Part shown: piece after piece, positions 42,465 through 53,857 of the stretch | How the letters are laid out: every line of letters starts with the position of its first letter | Numbering within the stretch: position 1 is the stretch's first letter | From: Lingula anatina | Lineage: Eukaryota > Animalia > Brachiopoda | Direction: 5' to 3' | Assembly (NCBI GenBank): GCA_051362555.1 | Contig: CM120646.1 | Span: 6,758,001-6,822,000 of the forward strand | DNA length: 64,000 nt | The notes under the pieces: model-generated | Databases searched by the model: none | Told to the model about the DNA's origin: nothing | What the model saw: the letters and a program-made list of their open reading frames with translations, nothing else | Program-made: the position numbers and the translations under genes

Positions 42465-43133
42465 GTTATAAATTATGTCTTAATACCACGGATGATTCCG
42501 AAAATTTACGTTAACTCGTCGTCCGTGCTCTGGTCTTCAGTGTATGCTTGGCTTACTGTGGTAAAATATTCATATAACATAAACTGAAATTTATAATCCA
42601 CGAGTTGCTTCTCCGTGTTTTTTTTTTTTTTTTTCTTTTTTTTTTTTTTTTCTTGATTTAGTACTACCCGTTATTATCTTTTTCTTACTTTGTTATTGCA
42701 TAATTATTATCATGGTATAATTTTGGAATAGTTTATATGTATTTGTAGAAAGTACATAGTCACTGTAGTAAACGTTGTAAAAGTATATTGAAGCATGACC
42801 CTTGATTATTACCATAGGGTAACCGCACTGCATATCACTGTACATGTCTTAGTTATAAATTATGCCTTCATACAGCGGATGCCAAAATTTACCTTTACTC
42901 GTCATCTTTTCTCTGTCTTCATTCTTACGCTAGGCTTACTGTTGTAAAATATTCATATAGCATAAAATGAAATTTATAATCAACAATTTGCTTTGCCGTG
43001 TTTTTTTTTTTTTTTTTTTTCAGATTTAATACTACCCATTTTTGTCTTATATTACTTTGTTATCGCATAATTATCATGGTATAATTATTGTACAGTTTAT
43101 ATGTATAAGCTATATTGAAGCATGACCCTTGAT
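42465..43133. repeat. Diverged tandem duplication (copies at 42465-42806 and 42852-43133)
   Basis: Both copies start GTTATAAATTATG, share GGCTTACTGT.GTAAAATATTCATATA.CATAAA.TGAAATTTATAATC and CCGTG-poly(T), and end TATATTGAAGCATGACCCTTGAT. The second copy has internal deletions. Confidence 0.92.
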
Positions 43134-43297
43134 CAGTACAGTATTGCTGAATGTTTAATATACGTTCTATAAATATTTTATTTCCACGTATTCTATTATT
43201 ACTGGTAGACCATAGCCATTGTATCAAAGACAGCTTTTATCAAGAAGAAGAAGAAGAAGAAAAATAAGCATAAATGCATCAGAGATCCAGGATAATA

Positions 43298-43346
<49 letters not shown>

Positions 43347-44297
43347 AGATCCAGGATAAGATGATAATTATAAAATCATATCAATTCACTGAGAAGACTT
43401 CGTTCGGGGGCAATCTTGGATTTGTTCACCACAATGATTTTCTGGCGATTTATGCTAAATGTCTACGTTTAAAACTAAATGGCTAGAATCTGTTTCTATG
43501 GTATAACTATGTTTACATAAAAAATGACGGAAAAAGAACTTAATTTTTTTCAAAGTTGGAAATATAAATAGGATAGATGTCGGTTACGGTTATCTTTCCA
43601 TTCTTAAATTAGACTTTTTTAAATTTTCATTTTTATCTATTGTCAATTTCAACAATAAAATACAAAAACAGCGTCGCCTTTTTAAAACTAAATTTAAGTA
43701 CGAAGCACGATTTTTATCTCTATTTATCTGTATTTATTCGATCAAGAACACTGCCGAATAAAACTACACATCTAAAATATGCATAAAATTGAAGATAAAC
43801 ATGTAGGGCAGTCCAGTTACAGGGGGGAAGTTTTCGAAACAAAGACGTCAGCTGCGAGAAGTTTTTATCGCGTATTTCGATCTGCCGCGTGACAGGCGGT
43901 GGAAAGGCAGCGATAGCAATAAATTTTCCCCAAGCCCGGGGCCTCACAACCCGTAGAGTTTGTGCTGATATTAATTGATAATAGAAACTTTCATGTCCGG
44001 CCGCCCCCCCCTCCCCCCCTTGAAAACGGATCACTTGTTAAATATCGATAGATGGTAAATTAAATTATCACTGAAATATTTCAAAATCTAACTTTTAAAT
44101 GAATTTGTGTCAGGTTTGCTTGTGAAATTATGTCAACATTTTCAAAATAATAATAATAATAATAGTAATAAAGAGTGTGGGCGCAGACCGTATATTCAAT
44201 CTATGAAGCAGAATGATTTGATAATCTTTTTGTAGATTTTGCTGGCTCGTCGAAAAGGCGACATTATACGGAAAAGAGAACGTAAATTCTGACTCGG

Positions 44298-44350
44298 AGG
44301 TTCGAAGGTTCCACCACACAAAATTCCCACTGAGGAGAACCTTCGAACCT
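44298..44350. repeat. Perfect 14-bp inverted repeat with 25-nt spacer
   Basis: AGGTTCGAAGGTTC ... GAACCTTCGAACCT. Confidence 0.85.
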
Positions 44351-44768
44351 GCTTCCTAATAATACAGCATTATCATTTCAATTTTAAACACAAAATACCT
44401 ACATTAAGAGACACGGTGCGTGATCCTCAACGTAATGTTACAAAAGAAAACCGCTTGGCGCGGTTTACTTTACTTTACTTACAGATGAAACGATAACCCG
44501 CCTTTCAGTGTTCCACAATTGATGCAATGAACTTTTTTCCCTTGTGGCTTTTCCTTTCCTTTTCTTCCTTTTATATGTTGTTGTATTTTTTCTTTACTTA
44601 ACGTCAAAATCAGTCTCAAAGTCGACATCGTGTCGCAAACAACTAACTGCAGTTTATAACCTTTGATATCATATTATGTCATTAGGGAATTGATAATACA
44701 TATCTCACTACCTGGATAACAAAGAAACCAGACTCTTCCTTATTGTCTGAACCCCCCCCCCCCCCCCT

Positions 44769-44805
<37 letters not shown>

Positions 44806-46220
44806 ATGGCCAAAATATCTTGAGTTATTTTTAAATGTGTTATCAATTGTACAAAGGGAATCGGAATTTTAAAATAATTTAAGTTGACAGTCCTGCTGAT
44901 GCATACGGTCGTGTTTATTTTATATATGTACGGTCTCTTTTGTGGCATATATTGTGTATGGGTTCGTTTATGTGCACTGATATATACAAACACAGTATCT
45001 CTACTAACAGAACTATACCCCACCTAAATTATCCTGAAAAGAACAGACTAATTAACAAGAATATCGTCTTCTCATCGTTACGTAATGCTTGTAAATACAA
45101 AAAAATTACACCGATCAATCAAATTTAATTTGATTAAGCTTTTCCTTGATTAAAAACGTGTGTCCGCTATTGTTGCATATGCTCTCATATTCTAATACAA
45201 TGGAAATCAATTAAAAAAAGAAAGAAAGAAAAAAAATAACATGATTTTAAGTTACTGATTATGGATTAGCCAAGTACAAAATGACCCTATTGTGTGACGA
45301 TATGATTTTACCGGTTTCGTGTATTTGATTAATATTCTTGAACCTGTAAACAGTTTCTTTATTTCATTCATCTTTACCTTACGCTTTCTGACATTGATTT
45401 AAGACAGAATATTGTTATGTTTGACTTTTTTATTTTTATTTATGTCTCCTAAGTCGTAAAATGATACTCGCCTTAGGTGACTAAGATTTAGACTGAAGTC
45501 TATATTGTGAAAATCGCTACTTCACTCTATTTAGCTCGTTTATTTAAGTTTTTCTTGCATTGAACATGAAACGATGCCCAGGCATCTTTCCTTAAAGACA
45601 AAAAAATGACGTGAGAAATCAAACTCAGTCCAGCTCAACATCTCAGGTGCGAACTCACACCTCTGATCTTGAAGCGCCTCGCCCTCGAAATCTTAGGTCA
45701 GGGCTTCTGCCCCGTGTTTTCAAGGTGTGAAAAATGCCACCTCTGTCTCTCTCATCCAGCCGTGACTAATGCTTTCATATCCACTGTAATTTGCGGTTAC
45801 AGAAACCGTGTGTTTGGCGCTAGGCTGTCCCCTTTGCACCGGTCTGCGTACCTGCCCGGAGGGAAGCGTGTACGTTAGTGGGAAGCCGCTTGTCTTTTTT
45901 GTCATATGTCACACAATTTCCTTCATGCCCCCCCCCCCCTTAACTCCTTTTCTAGGCAGGTGGTGATTTTTCATACGTTCTCTACAGCATTAATTCAATT
46001 TCTTTAATCTTCTATTATTTTTTTATCTAATTTTTTATTTGTTTCATTTCTTCTGATATGAGTGACACATTTAACCATATTTCTTTTTGTTAATACGCAG
46101 CATTTTTCTCTTCAGCTCCATGTATTATCATCCTCTCCTCCGATAGAGAGATCAAGCCTTCTTTTTTTTTTCTCAAATTTGTACACCCAACCCCCATCCA
46201 CCACCACCTCTCTCTCTTGC

Positions 46221-46223
<3 letters not shown>

Positions 46224-46286
<63 letters not shown>
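46224..46286. repeat. (CT)n(GT)n compound microsatellite
   Basis: Direct reading. Confidence 0.95.
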
Positions 46287-46290
<4 letters not shown>

Positions 46291-49200
46291 AGTGTGTGTT
46301 TCCTGTCCCCTCCTTTGCACTGGTTTGTAGAGCATGTAAATGTAGTTACATATTTCTCTTGATACACGTTCGACGTGGTATGAATATGTATGATTTTACA
46401 ACCACTAAAAGAGCAATAAATCCTCCGTATTCAACCACCGACAAATGGGGGATTATAAATAACCAATTTAGCAATTGCATTAAGTAGACTCATATATTTC
46501 GTGTGACCCATTTTACCACGCATACGTTAACTTGGTCAGATAAGAGAGAAAAGTCGTAAATTTGTCAATTAGGAAAATTATGGCTAGTGTTGTTGCTTAA
46601 AAAAAAACAATTTCTATGTGCCCTTTCACATACGTTTTATGCCAACATATCCAAGGCATTTAGATATTTAAATATTTCAATAACCGAATCTAATATTTAA
46701 AACCCTATGACATTTAGCATGTAGATTTTCTGTTTGACACTTTGAGACAAAAACTTTAAATACTCCACGCTACAAACATGTGCCTTAGACCAATATATTA
46801 AAATATACAGTTTATATTTTATCTTTAGCAATGTTAAAATTATTTTTCTACATGATTCACTTTGTACATCTATTATTCATAAGGCATGACACCGTCAACC
46901 TTAATAAAAAACATTCTGAAGGGCATGTACTTTGGTTCTTCTCTTTTGACTCTCCCTTTTATTAATTTTCTTTGTTTTTAGTCATCCTAATTAATTCTAA
47001 CATTCTCTTTCATCATATATTGAGAGTCATTTTTGTAACCACAGAAGTAAATACGTGACATATTAATATAACAGTGACAGGCAGGATTGTTAAAGGAATG
47101 TTAAATATAATAAAAAATGACGACTCTTCATTTGTAAACTAGCAAATGACAACAACCAGCTTGACCGCAATAAAAACTGGGCGTGATTCTAACTTGAAAG
47201 TTTAATTTACATTTGTTTTCCTGGTTAGCTCATACTCATCATCAAAGTTGCCAAACATAAAAGAGTGTTCCAGTGGCACGTATTCGGTCATATCAAATAT
47301 GCTGAAGTACTACAAAAATGAGGATTTTTAGCCAATGATTTTTTGGACTGATTTGAAACCGAATGGCCGTGTGTTGAACGGGATTGTATTTTTCTATTTT
47401 AATAATTTTAGTCTAAAAATACAGCTATGTTATTATTTAAACTGGCAAAGAAATATACTCAACCTCTTGAACATGCAATTGTGAAAATACTGATATGCAA
47501 TTCATTAATGCACTCATTGTCTCACTTGGATTTTGATAGAAGTGGACGACAATAATTAATAATGAAAGACGAAAACATTCCCTCCCGAGTGGTGTTTTTT
47601 GCGCCCCCAATCTTCACAAGTGGAAAGATACTTCCTTCTTCACCACAGCAAAAAAAAAAAAAATGTAAATTTCATATTCAATGTGAAAAGAAAACCACGA
47701 AAAGGATGCATGGGAAGGGTTGATACTGTCCCTGAATTTATATCAATAAGGACATCTTTGAGTGCAGCAAAATTTGCCCCTTGCATTCCGCCCCTCGAAT
47801 GAAGTCTCTTTTATACCTAGTGCAGCTTTAGTTTTACTATTTTTACTTTAGGCATGACTTATAACTGGCCTACTTTGGCTGGTTGTTTTTTACTTGTATT
47901 TATTGTCAAGATGCATTAAATTAATAGGAAGAGATACACCATTATTTCAATGTGCGCGTACATTTTGCACTTACACAGTTCTGACATAATTTGTCTTCAT
48001 AGATGTCAGGAAATTTTACGGACAAGCACCAATATAGTCAGCCTTTTTTAGACTTTTTTCGTTTTCTGTCTGGCAATTATTTCATCTTTCTTACCTATTC
48101 ATTTAAGTAACTATTTTTCAATTCGATAACTTTTTACTCATTCACTAGGTTCTTCCCTCTGCTGTCATCTAAACTCTCAATGGAGTCATGGTCAAGCTTG
48201 ACCGGACACAGTGATGTTACTGAACTGGACAAGGCGTTTCCGGAACGCTCAGTAGCAATATTTAATAACAGAGTCCTACGTGGAAGTCATCCTTTAAATA
48301 TATGTCACTTGACCGATAGTGATAATATACACTATAATTTGGCACGGTAGTATTTCGTAGTTCAAGGCAGGTATCTGTATACTTCTTGAAATGCGACGAA
48401 TAAAATGATCAAGTGACGTTGGAATGATTTCATTTACTCTGTATTTTATTATTAAATTGATTTTGCTCAAACTCCAGATTAATTTGCTTGATTCTCTAAA
48501 ATGTCATATTATAACTTTTTCGATGTAAGTGTAGTATATATGTGATATAACTTAATATTGCACATACTTAATTGTGTTTAATCTAAATTCCTTTCACTGT
48601 CCATTGCTAGTCATAAACCATAGTGTTGTTCATGAAATTCACATCTTTGCCATTGTACAGTCCCAAATTCATAAAAATACATTGTCTATAATGTTTTAAG
48701 GCATATGTACTTTTATAACGTGTAAATATTAGAAATTTTAACCAGGATAAACCCAAAATTAACTACAAATGATCCATGTTAACACAACCCTTTTTGATCC
48801 CATATTTTCCCGCCATTTTGATACTGTTATTGCCCTCCGTTTTCTTTTTTTCTGAAAATCTCGCTTGATTTCATGACGAATATTTTCACTGAATAACCAT
48901 GATTCACAACTTAGTACTAACAGTTAAACACAAGAACTAAAACAGAATAAAGACTACACATGACGATAGGCGATTGATCGAAGAAAAAAGGCCCTGAAAT
49001 GCGTTGAGGAAATTTGCCAACGATACATAACTGGTCATACAAACCGCGTGTTTCACGGGCTCTTCACTTAGCTGCGACCTTTACCATGACAGATACAAGT
49101 ACAGAACGCTGTGAATTGAAGGATGCCGCCGCACATGTAGCAAAGAAGTATTTGGCAGACCTAGTTGGCTCACAACAGTATCCAAACGGTCCAACACACA

Positions 49201-51088
49201 GAAACGAACAGGAAATTAGATATTATTTCTCATTTTCCCCGAAGGAAATACTCGTATTTGAGGAAAGCGACCCGATGTTTTTAGCTGAGCCAAATAAAGT
49301 GCTGTTTCCCGGGGAAAGGAAACGAATGTTTGGAAGCTGTTTTTCGCCTAGTTTGCACCAAACTGTTTTCTTTTTATATGTTCCGCCATATCTTTGAAAA
49401 TGATTTTAACAAGTTACTAAGTGGCCAGCCCTCTGATTAGTGAGCTCTCACGTGAAGTTGCCATAAGGGTGGGATCCGGCATCTTGAAAATAATTTCTTT
49501 CATCTTGAAAATTATTTTGCTAATTTACCGTGCGAGAAAATGTCTTTCTTTCCCAACTCCAACGTAGACAACTGTGACTGTAGTTGAACTATACTGATGT
49601 TAATAGAAAGTCTGGAGGACTTTGAATTGATTATATTTTCTGATTTCTTATATACGCTGTTCCATAACGCCCCATTTAAATGATATGTAGTAAGGAAAAT
49701 ATTTCTCTCATTTTATCCAACGCTTGAAGCTGCATTTTTCTTACTTAAACATTATCACTGTGTTAAGAGCTAAACAGTTGATGCATATCAAGAGTCCCGG
49801 ACTGCCCTCATTAGAATACATAATGCAAAATTAAGATTTTGTTAAGATATATGCTTCCGTCCCTAATGACAAAGAAGTTGCATTGATTATGGTCTTTCAA
49901 GTTAGTATGCATCATATGAATGGACACGTACGTGTAATCATTTGTGTATGGAGTGTTTAAGTACAGAGAACGAGCGCGTAGACATTGAAGGGTGTTTTAA
50001 GGCAATTTACTCCGTCCACAGTTAGCTACCCATCATTTCCTACTGCCTGGTAGCAGTTTTTGCCGGGTCCATTTTAACAAGTAAACACTTGAAATTGCTC
50101 TTAACACTAACGCTGAAAAACGGAGTGCACTGAAGGTTTTGATGCATGGGTTTCTCACCTCTGTTTGCCACGTAATAAGTGACTCAGTTCCAGCTGTGGA
50201 TGATCGTCTCTACAGAGCACTATACTCGTGCTATGCAACCCCACTGATGCTTTGATATACAATCCCAACTTCAAGCATGATGTTGTACATGCACATGTCC
50301 TTTTCTTAGGATTAAGAAGAGATTTTATGTATTTAAACTGAAATTAGTTTTTAGTCTCTCAGAGTTCTTTATAGAACTGTCTTGTTGTAATGGCTGTTTT
50401 AACTTTTATTGTTTTTTTTTACCTTTATGAGTGAGTCTTTAATAAAACAAACTGAAACTGAAACTGGTACAATATTATTCTTGTTATAAGTATACATTTC
50501 TCTGTCTAACCTACTTTACTTACTATTACTCCTACACGAATATTCGCCTTGACATTGCATCCCTTCTTGGCCATGAGTGTTTTCCTTTTTTAAAAATTAT
50601 TCATCCAAATGACTAAATTGTTTTTTGATTAGGGGAAACTAAACATGAATGGAGGAGGCATGACATTCCCTCTTACACATTGTAAAATATTTAATTGTCT
50701 TGACAAAAATATTCGCATAGTGTATTCTTTTGTATTTTCAATCAGTCCATAAATCATCTTATGGTATTATTTGTACAACAGAGGGGAGAACACGATTAAA
50801 TATATCTAAATACATGATGTGTGTGGGTGTTTATCTCATCTTTGCGGGTGAGTTATCTGTTTTAAATCATTCTTATTATGTAGGAATTCTTAAAATAGTT
50901 TTTATATATCAGGGAGCTTTATTTCAGATATAATGAGGAACAGAGGGCTAGCAGAAAAACAGGCAGTGTACGTAGTGAACGTTTCTGTATCTGAAATATT
51001 CATAATGACAGGAAGGGAAACGTGCCATCAACTTGATGATGATATATTTTGTACATGGTTTACAAGTACACACACAGAGAAAACTTAC

Positions 51089-51995
51089 TTTTCATCCAGT
51101 TAAAGAGCGGTGCCTGTTGGTCCCCTTTCGCATCCCCATCCATCTCTTCATCCGTGTCCCCTTCAAACGTGTCCTGCTCCTTCACGTCTTGCTGCTTCTG
51201 CTGTTTCTCTTGCTGCTGTTTTTCCTTCCTGGGCAATGAGGCCGGGGCGGCAGGCAGGGGGCTTCCAGCCGGACTCACGCTATGGTCACTAAGACGCTCT
51301 GAGACATCGTGGTTGAGTCGTGAACCACCTCCACCATTGCTATTGCCGCCAGTCCCACCCCCTCCTCCTCCCCCTCCGTTCAAACGCGGCGTCGTGCCCC
51401 TGTGAGATTCCTTGGAGGCTGCCTTCACGCCGGCAGCTGAGAGAGCTATGGAGGAGTCCGCTTTACTGCAGGAATTCCTCTGGAATAATTTGGGCGAGAG
51501 AGAGGAGAGGGTTGTGGACAGATGGGGAGGGGAGGAGGACAGCGTCGACGAGGTGTAAGTTCCATACGCTCCATAAGGTTTATAATCGAGATGATGGTTC
51601 GGAGGAGGATTGAACTGAATCGGCGTGCAGTTCGAAATGTCCGTGACGGTCGTCGTTTCACCGACTCCGTCCCCGTTCGAATAACCGTGTACTTCCCCGT
51701 GATACTGAACAGGCTGATGGGCCGAGCTGGTCACGGCCGCGATCACCGAGTGCTCGTAACTGGGATAGAGAGAAGACGCCGCAGCCGTGGTATGATCCCT
51801 GGCGGCACCGCTGCCGAAATCATGATAGTTCTGTAGGGCAGAGTGGTGATGTGATCCCAGTGTCGACGAATGATGCCTCAGAGTCGGGTCAGGTTCATTT
51901 AGCATGCCAGGAGATGTAATATGCGCATAGTGGTCCACAGGCGGTACCACCGCTTGATAAGCGTCTATGTACGAGCTGGTAAAATACGAGTTCAT
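51089..51995 (-). CDS. Antp: Antp/Hox7-like gene, exon 1
   Basis: GC-rich 907-nt frame starting MNSYF (Hox N-terminal SSYF-type motif), with His/Ser/Gly/Gln low-complexity tracts. It ends LFNWMK-A|GTAAGT (perfect donor at 51088-51083). Its phase 1 matches the exon 2 acceptor, giving [12 protein letters not shown] and about 380 aa. Confidence 0.9.
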
Positions 51996-52029
51996 AATTC
52001 CACCATAAATTCTCTCCAAGTGAAAACAG

Positions 52030-52110
52030 TCAACATATCGTGGGTCAGGAGTCAACAGTTTTATAGCTCGCGCATGCGCCCTGCGGCTGCTGAACCCCTC
52101 CACCAATCAG
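52030..52110 (-). promoter_or_regulatory. Antp proximal promoter: CCAAT box, NRF1-type palindrome, TATA box
   Basis: CCAATCAG at 52103-52110, GCGCATGCGC at 52070-52079 and TATAAAA on - at 52065-52059, in textbook order. Predicted start is near 52035, about 40 nt before the ATG. Confidence 0.7.
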
Positions 52111-53812
52111 ATCGCTAGATGATAGATGGCATGCCTAGTTCGAGCTGACAAAACTGTGTGGTACATGTACGTACTAGTCCACTCAATAACAATCTGTGAG
52201 TTAAAAAAAACAGTGCATCGATATAGCTCTTATTTCACTCGCTTTCTTTCTATTTTTTAATAGTTATCACTGTCAACATAATATATGCATATAGCACGTC
52301 TACGTCTGTGCAAATTTAGCATCGTTAACATGAAGTAATACAGTGTAATACGAAAACAGGAAAAGGCGAGGTTGTTGTCATGTTTAATCATTTGTTGTTG
52401 TTTTTTTTTTCTTGGCGATGAGCAATGAATAAAGAAAACTAGAAATGCGCCGTGTGGGGTTTACTTAGATGTTGTTGACATAACGGTTTCATGATTTTCG
52501 AGGAGCGAAGAGGGATGTGACAACAAATATTACTTTTACCAATTACAAGGTAGAGACAACGACAACAATTTCTCATATGTACAACATTGAAAAACAATCC
52601 CTTGTCCAATAACCACAGCCGCCATAACTTTTCACAAACAATTACAACCGACACTAACAAGGGCATGAATTTATAAGGTGAATTTCACTTGGAGAAATCA
52701 AAGAAGATAAAAGTACAGCAGTGCGACTAAAACTTCACACAATTTAACAAGGAACGTGTAAACAGCCATCAAGTCCGGCGACACCTCGTAACGCCGTATT
52801 GTAAAACGAAAGACACGAAGACGGGAAAGAAGTATCAGCATACATAACACGGTAGCACATGCCTTCGCAGTGTCCGTGTTGAGATAACAGCTTTACCAGT
52901 CACGGCTTTAAGGCGGCGTGCATGGGCCTTTGATCTTCGCGTGGGGGACACCCTGTAATTTCGTATCATCCCCTCCGCCGTGATCTACCGATACGCTTAT
53001 TACATCACTTGCTATTGTTTGGGCATTGTCACTAATGAGACCACCTTCCCTTCGGGTGTTCAGATAGTGCGGTTGACTGGGCCTCGGGGATTTCTCCGTC
53101 GATTTTAACATGATGAAACGCACTGGACAGTCTAGCTCTCTGTACTAGCAGGCGGTTCTTTCAGTCGTGCATATACACTTCGAGAAGATTACTGAGAAAC
53201 AGGGAATGTAAATAGTGTTTTTAAAACTTATTCATTTTTGTCTACCACTGATGGCACCGCAAACAGTTACAGGACCGATTATTTCTGAATAAAATCTGCT
53301 TGTAACTTGTGGCACATTTTACATAGATAGTACATTTTTTTTACACTTCCTGTGCCTGTGCCTGTGAATACAACAAATCTTGTATTTGAAATCACTGCCT
53401 CATCTCTTAAAAACAGTATTCAATATATTAAAAATAGTTTAAGGTTTGAGTGGTCGGTCTATACAGAACCACGCCACCCGTGTGACGGTGATCTTTTCTA
53501 AAATACTGTTTATGGTGTATTGCATGTTTTCAGTCCTACAAAACTAAGTGGTTTACTTTAATACGTACAAAACGTAAATAATTTGGGGTTCGATTTTTAG
53601 CTTTTACAGAAATCAAAGACCTGTGTGAGTTGGAAGTGTGTAAAAAAATCCTGTGGGTAATTATGAAAAGCTAAAAAAAAATACTGAGCAGCAATAGATA
53701 TCGTTCAAGGAAATATGAGTGTGAAATCCATTAAATATGAATCTCCCAAAATCTCAACATTGCATACAAACAGTCTAATCGAACGAGGTTTAAAAATCGA
53801 AAGCATTTTTAT

Positions 53813-53815
<3 letters not shown>

Positions 53816-53853
<38 letters not shown>
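53816..53853. repeat. (CA)n microsatellite
   Basis: Direct reading. Confidence 0.95.

Positions 53854-53857
<4 letters not shown>

Noticed and set aside
46062-46487. ORFs with poly-CV, HT, ER, IY, L or K runs here and elsewhere
   Set aside because: These are translations of microsatellites.
50195-50220. TCGTCTCTACAG resembling part of miR-993; also partial miR-10/993-like words near 12295, 33081 and 52950
   Set aside because: The seed or the rest of the mature sequence is missing and there is no precursor-length hairpin. No Hox-cluster miRNA was found by eye.
51060-51088. Read-through WMKSKFSLCVYL, superficially like WMRSQF
   Set aside because: It begins at a perfect GTAAGT donor and reaches a stop within 10 codons, so it is treated as intron.
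51996-52106. 37-aa N-terminal extension of the 348-aa ORF
   Set aside because: It starts at a non-ATG codon and runs through the TATA/NRF1 promoter. The Hox-type MNSYF start is at 51995.
51033-52118. Several overlapping or antisense ORFs over Antp exon 1, and those over both homeoboxes
   Set aside because: Shadow frames of real coding sequence with no recognisable domains.
52013-52695. 13-bp inverted pair TTTCACTTGGAGA flanking the Antp promoter
   Set aside because: A single short match 670 bp apart with no extended homology or TSD, so it cannot be distinguished from chance.
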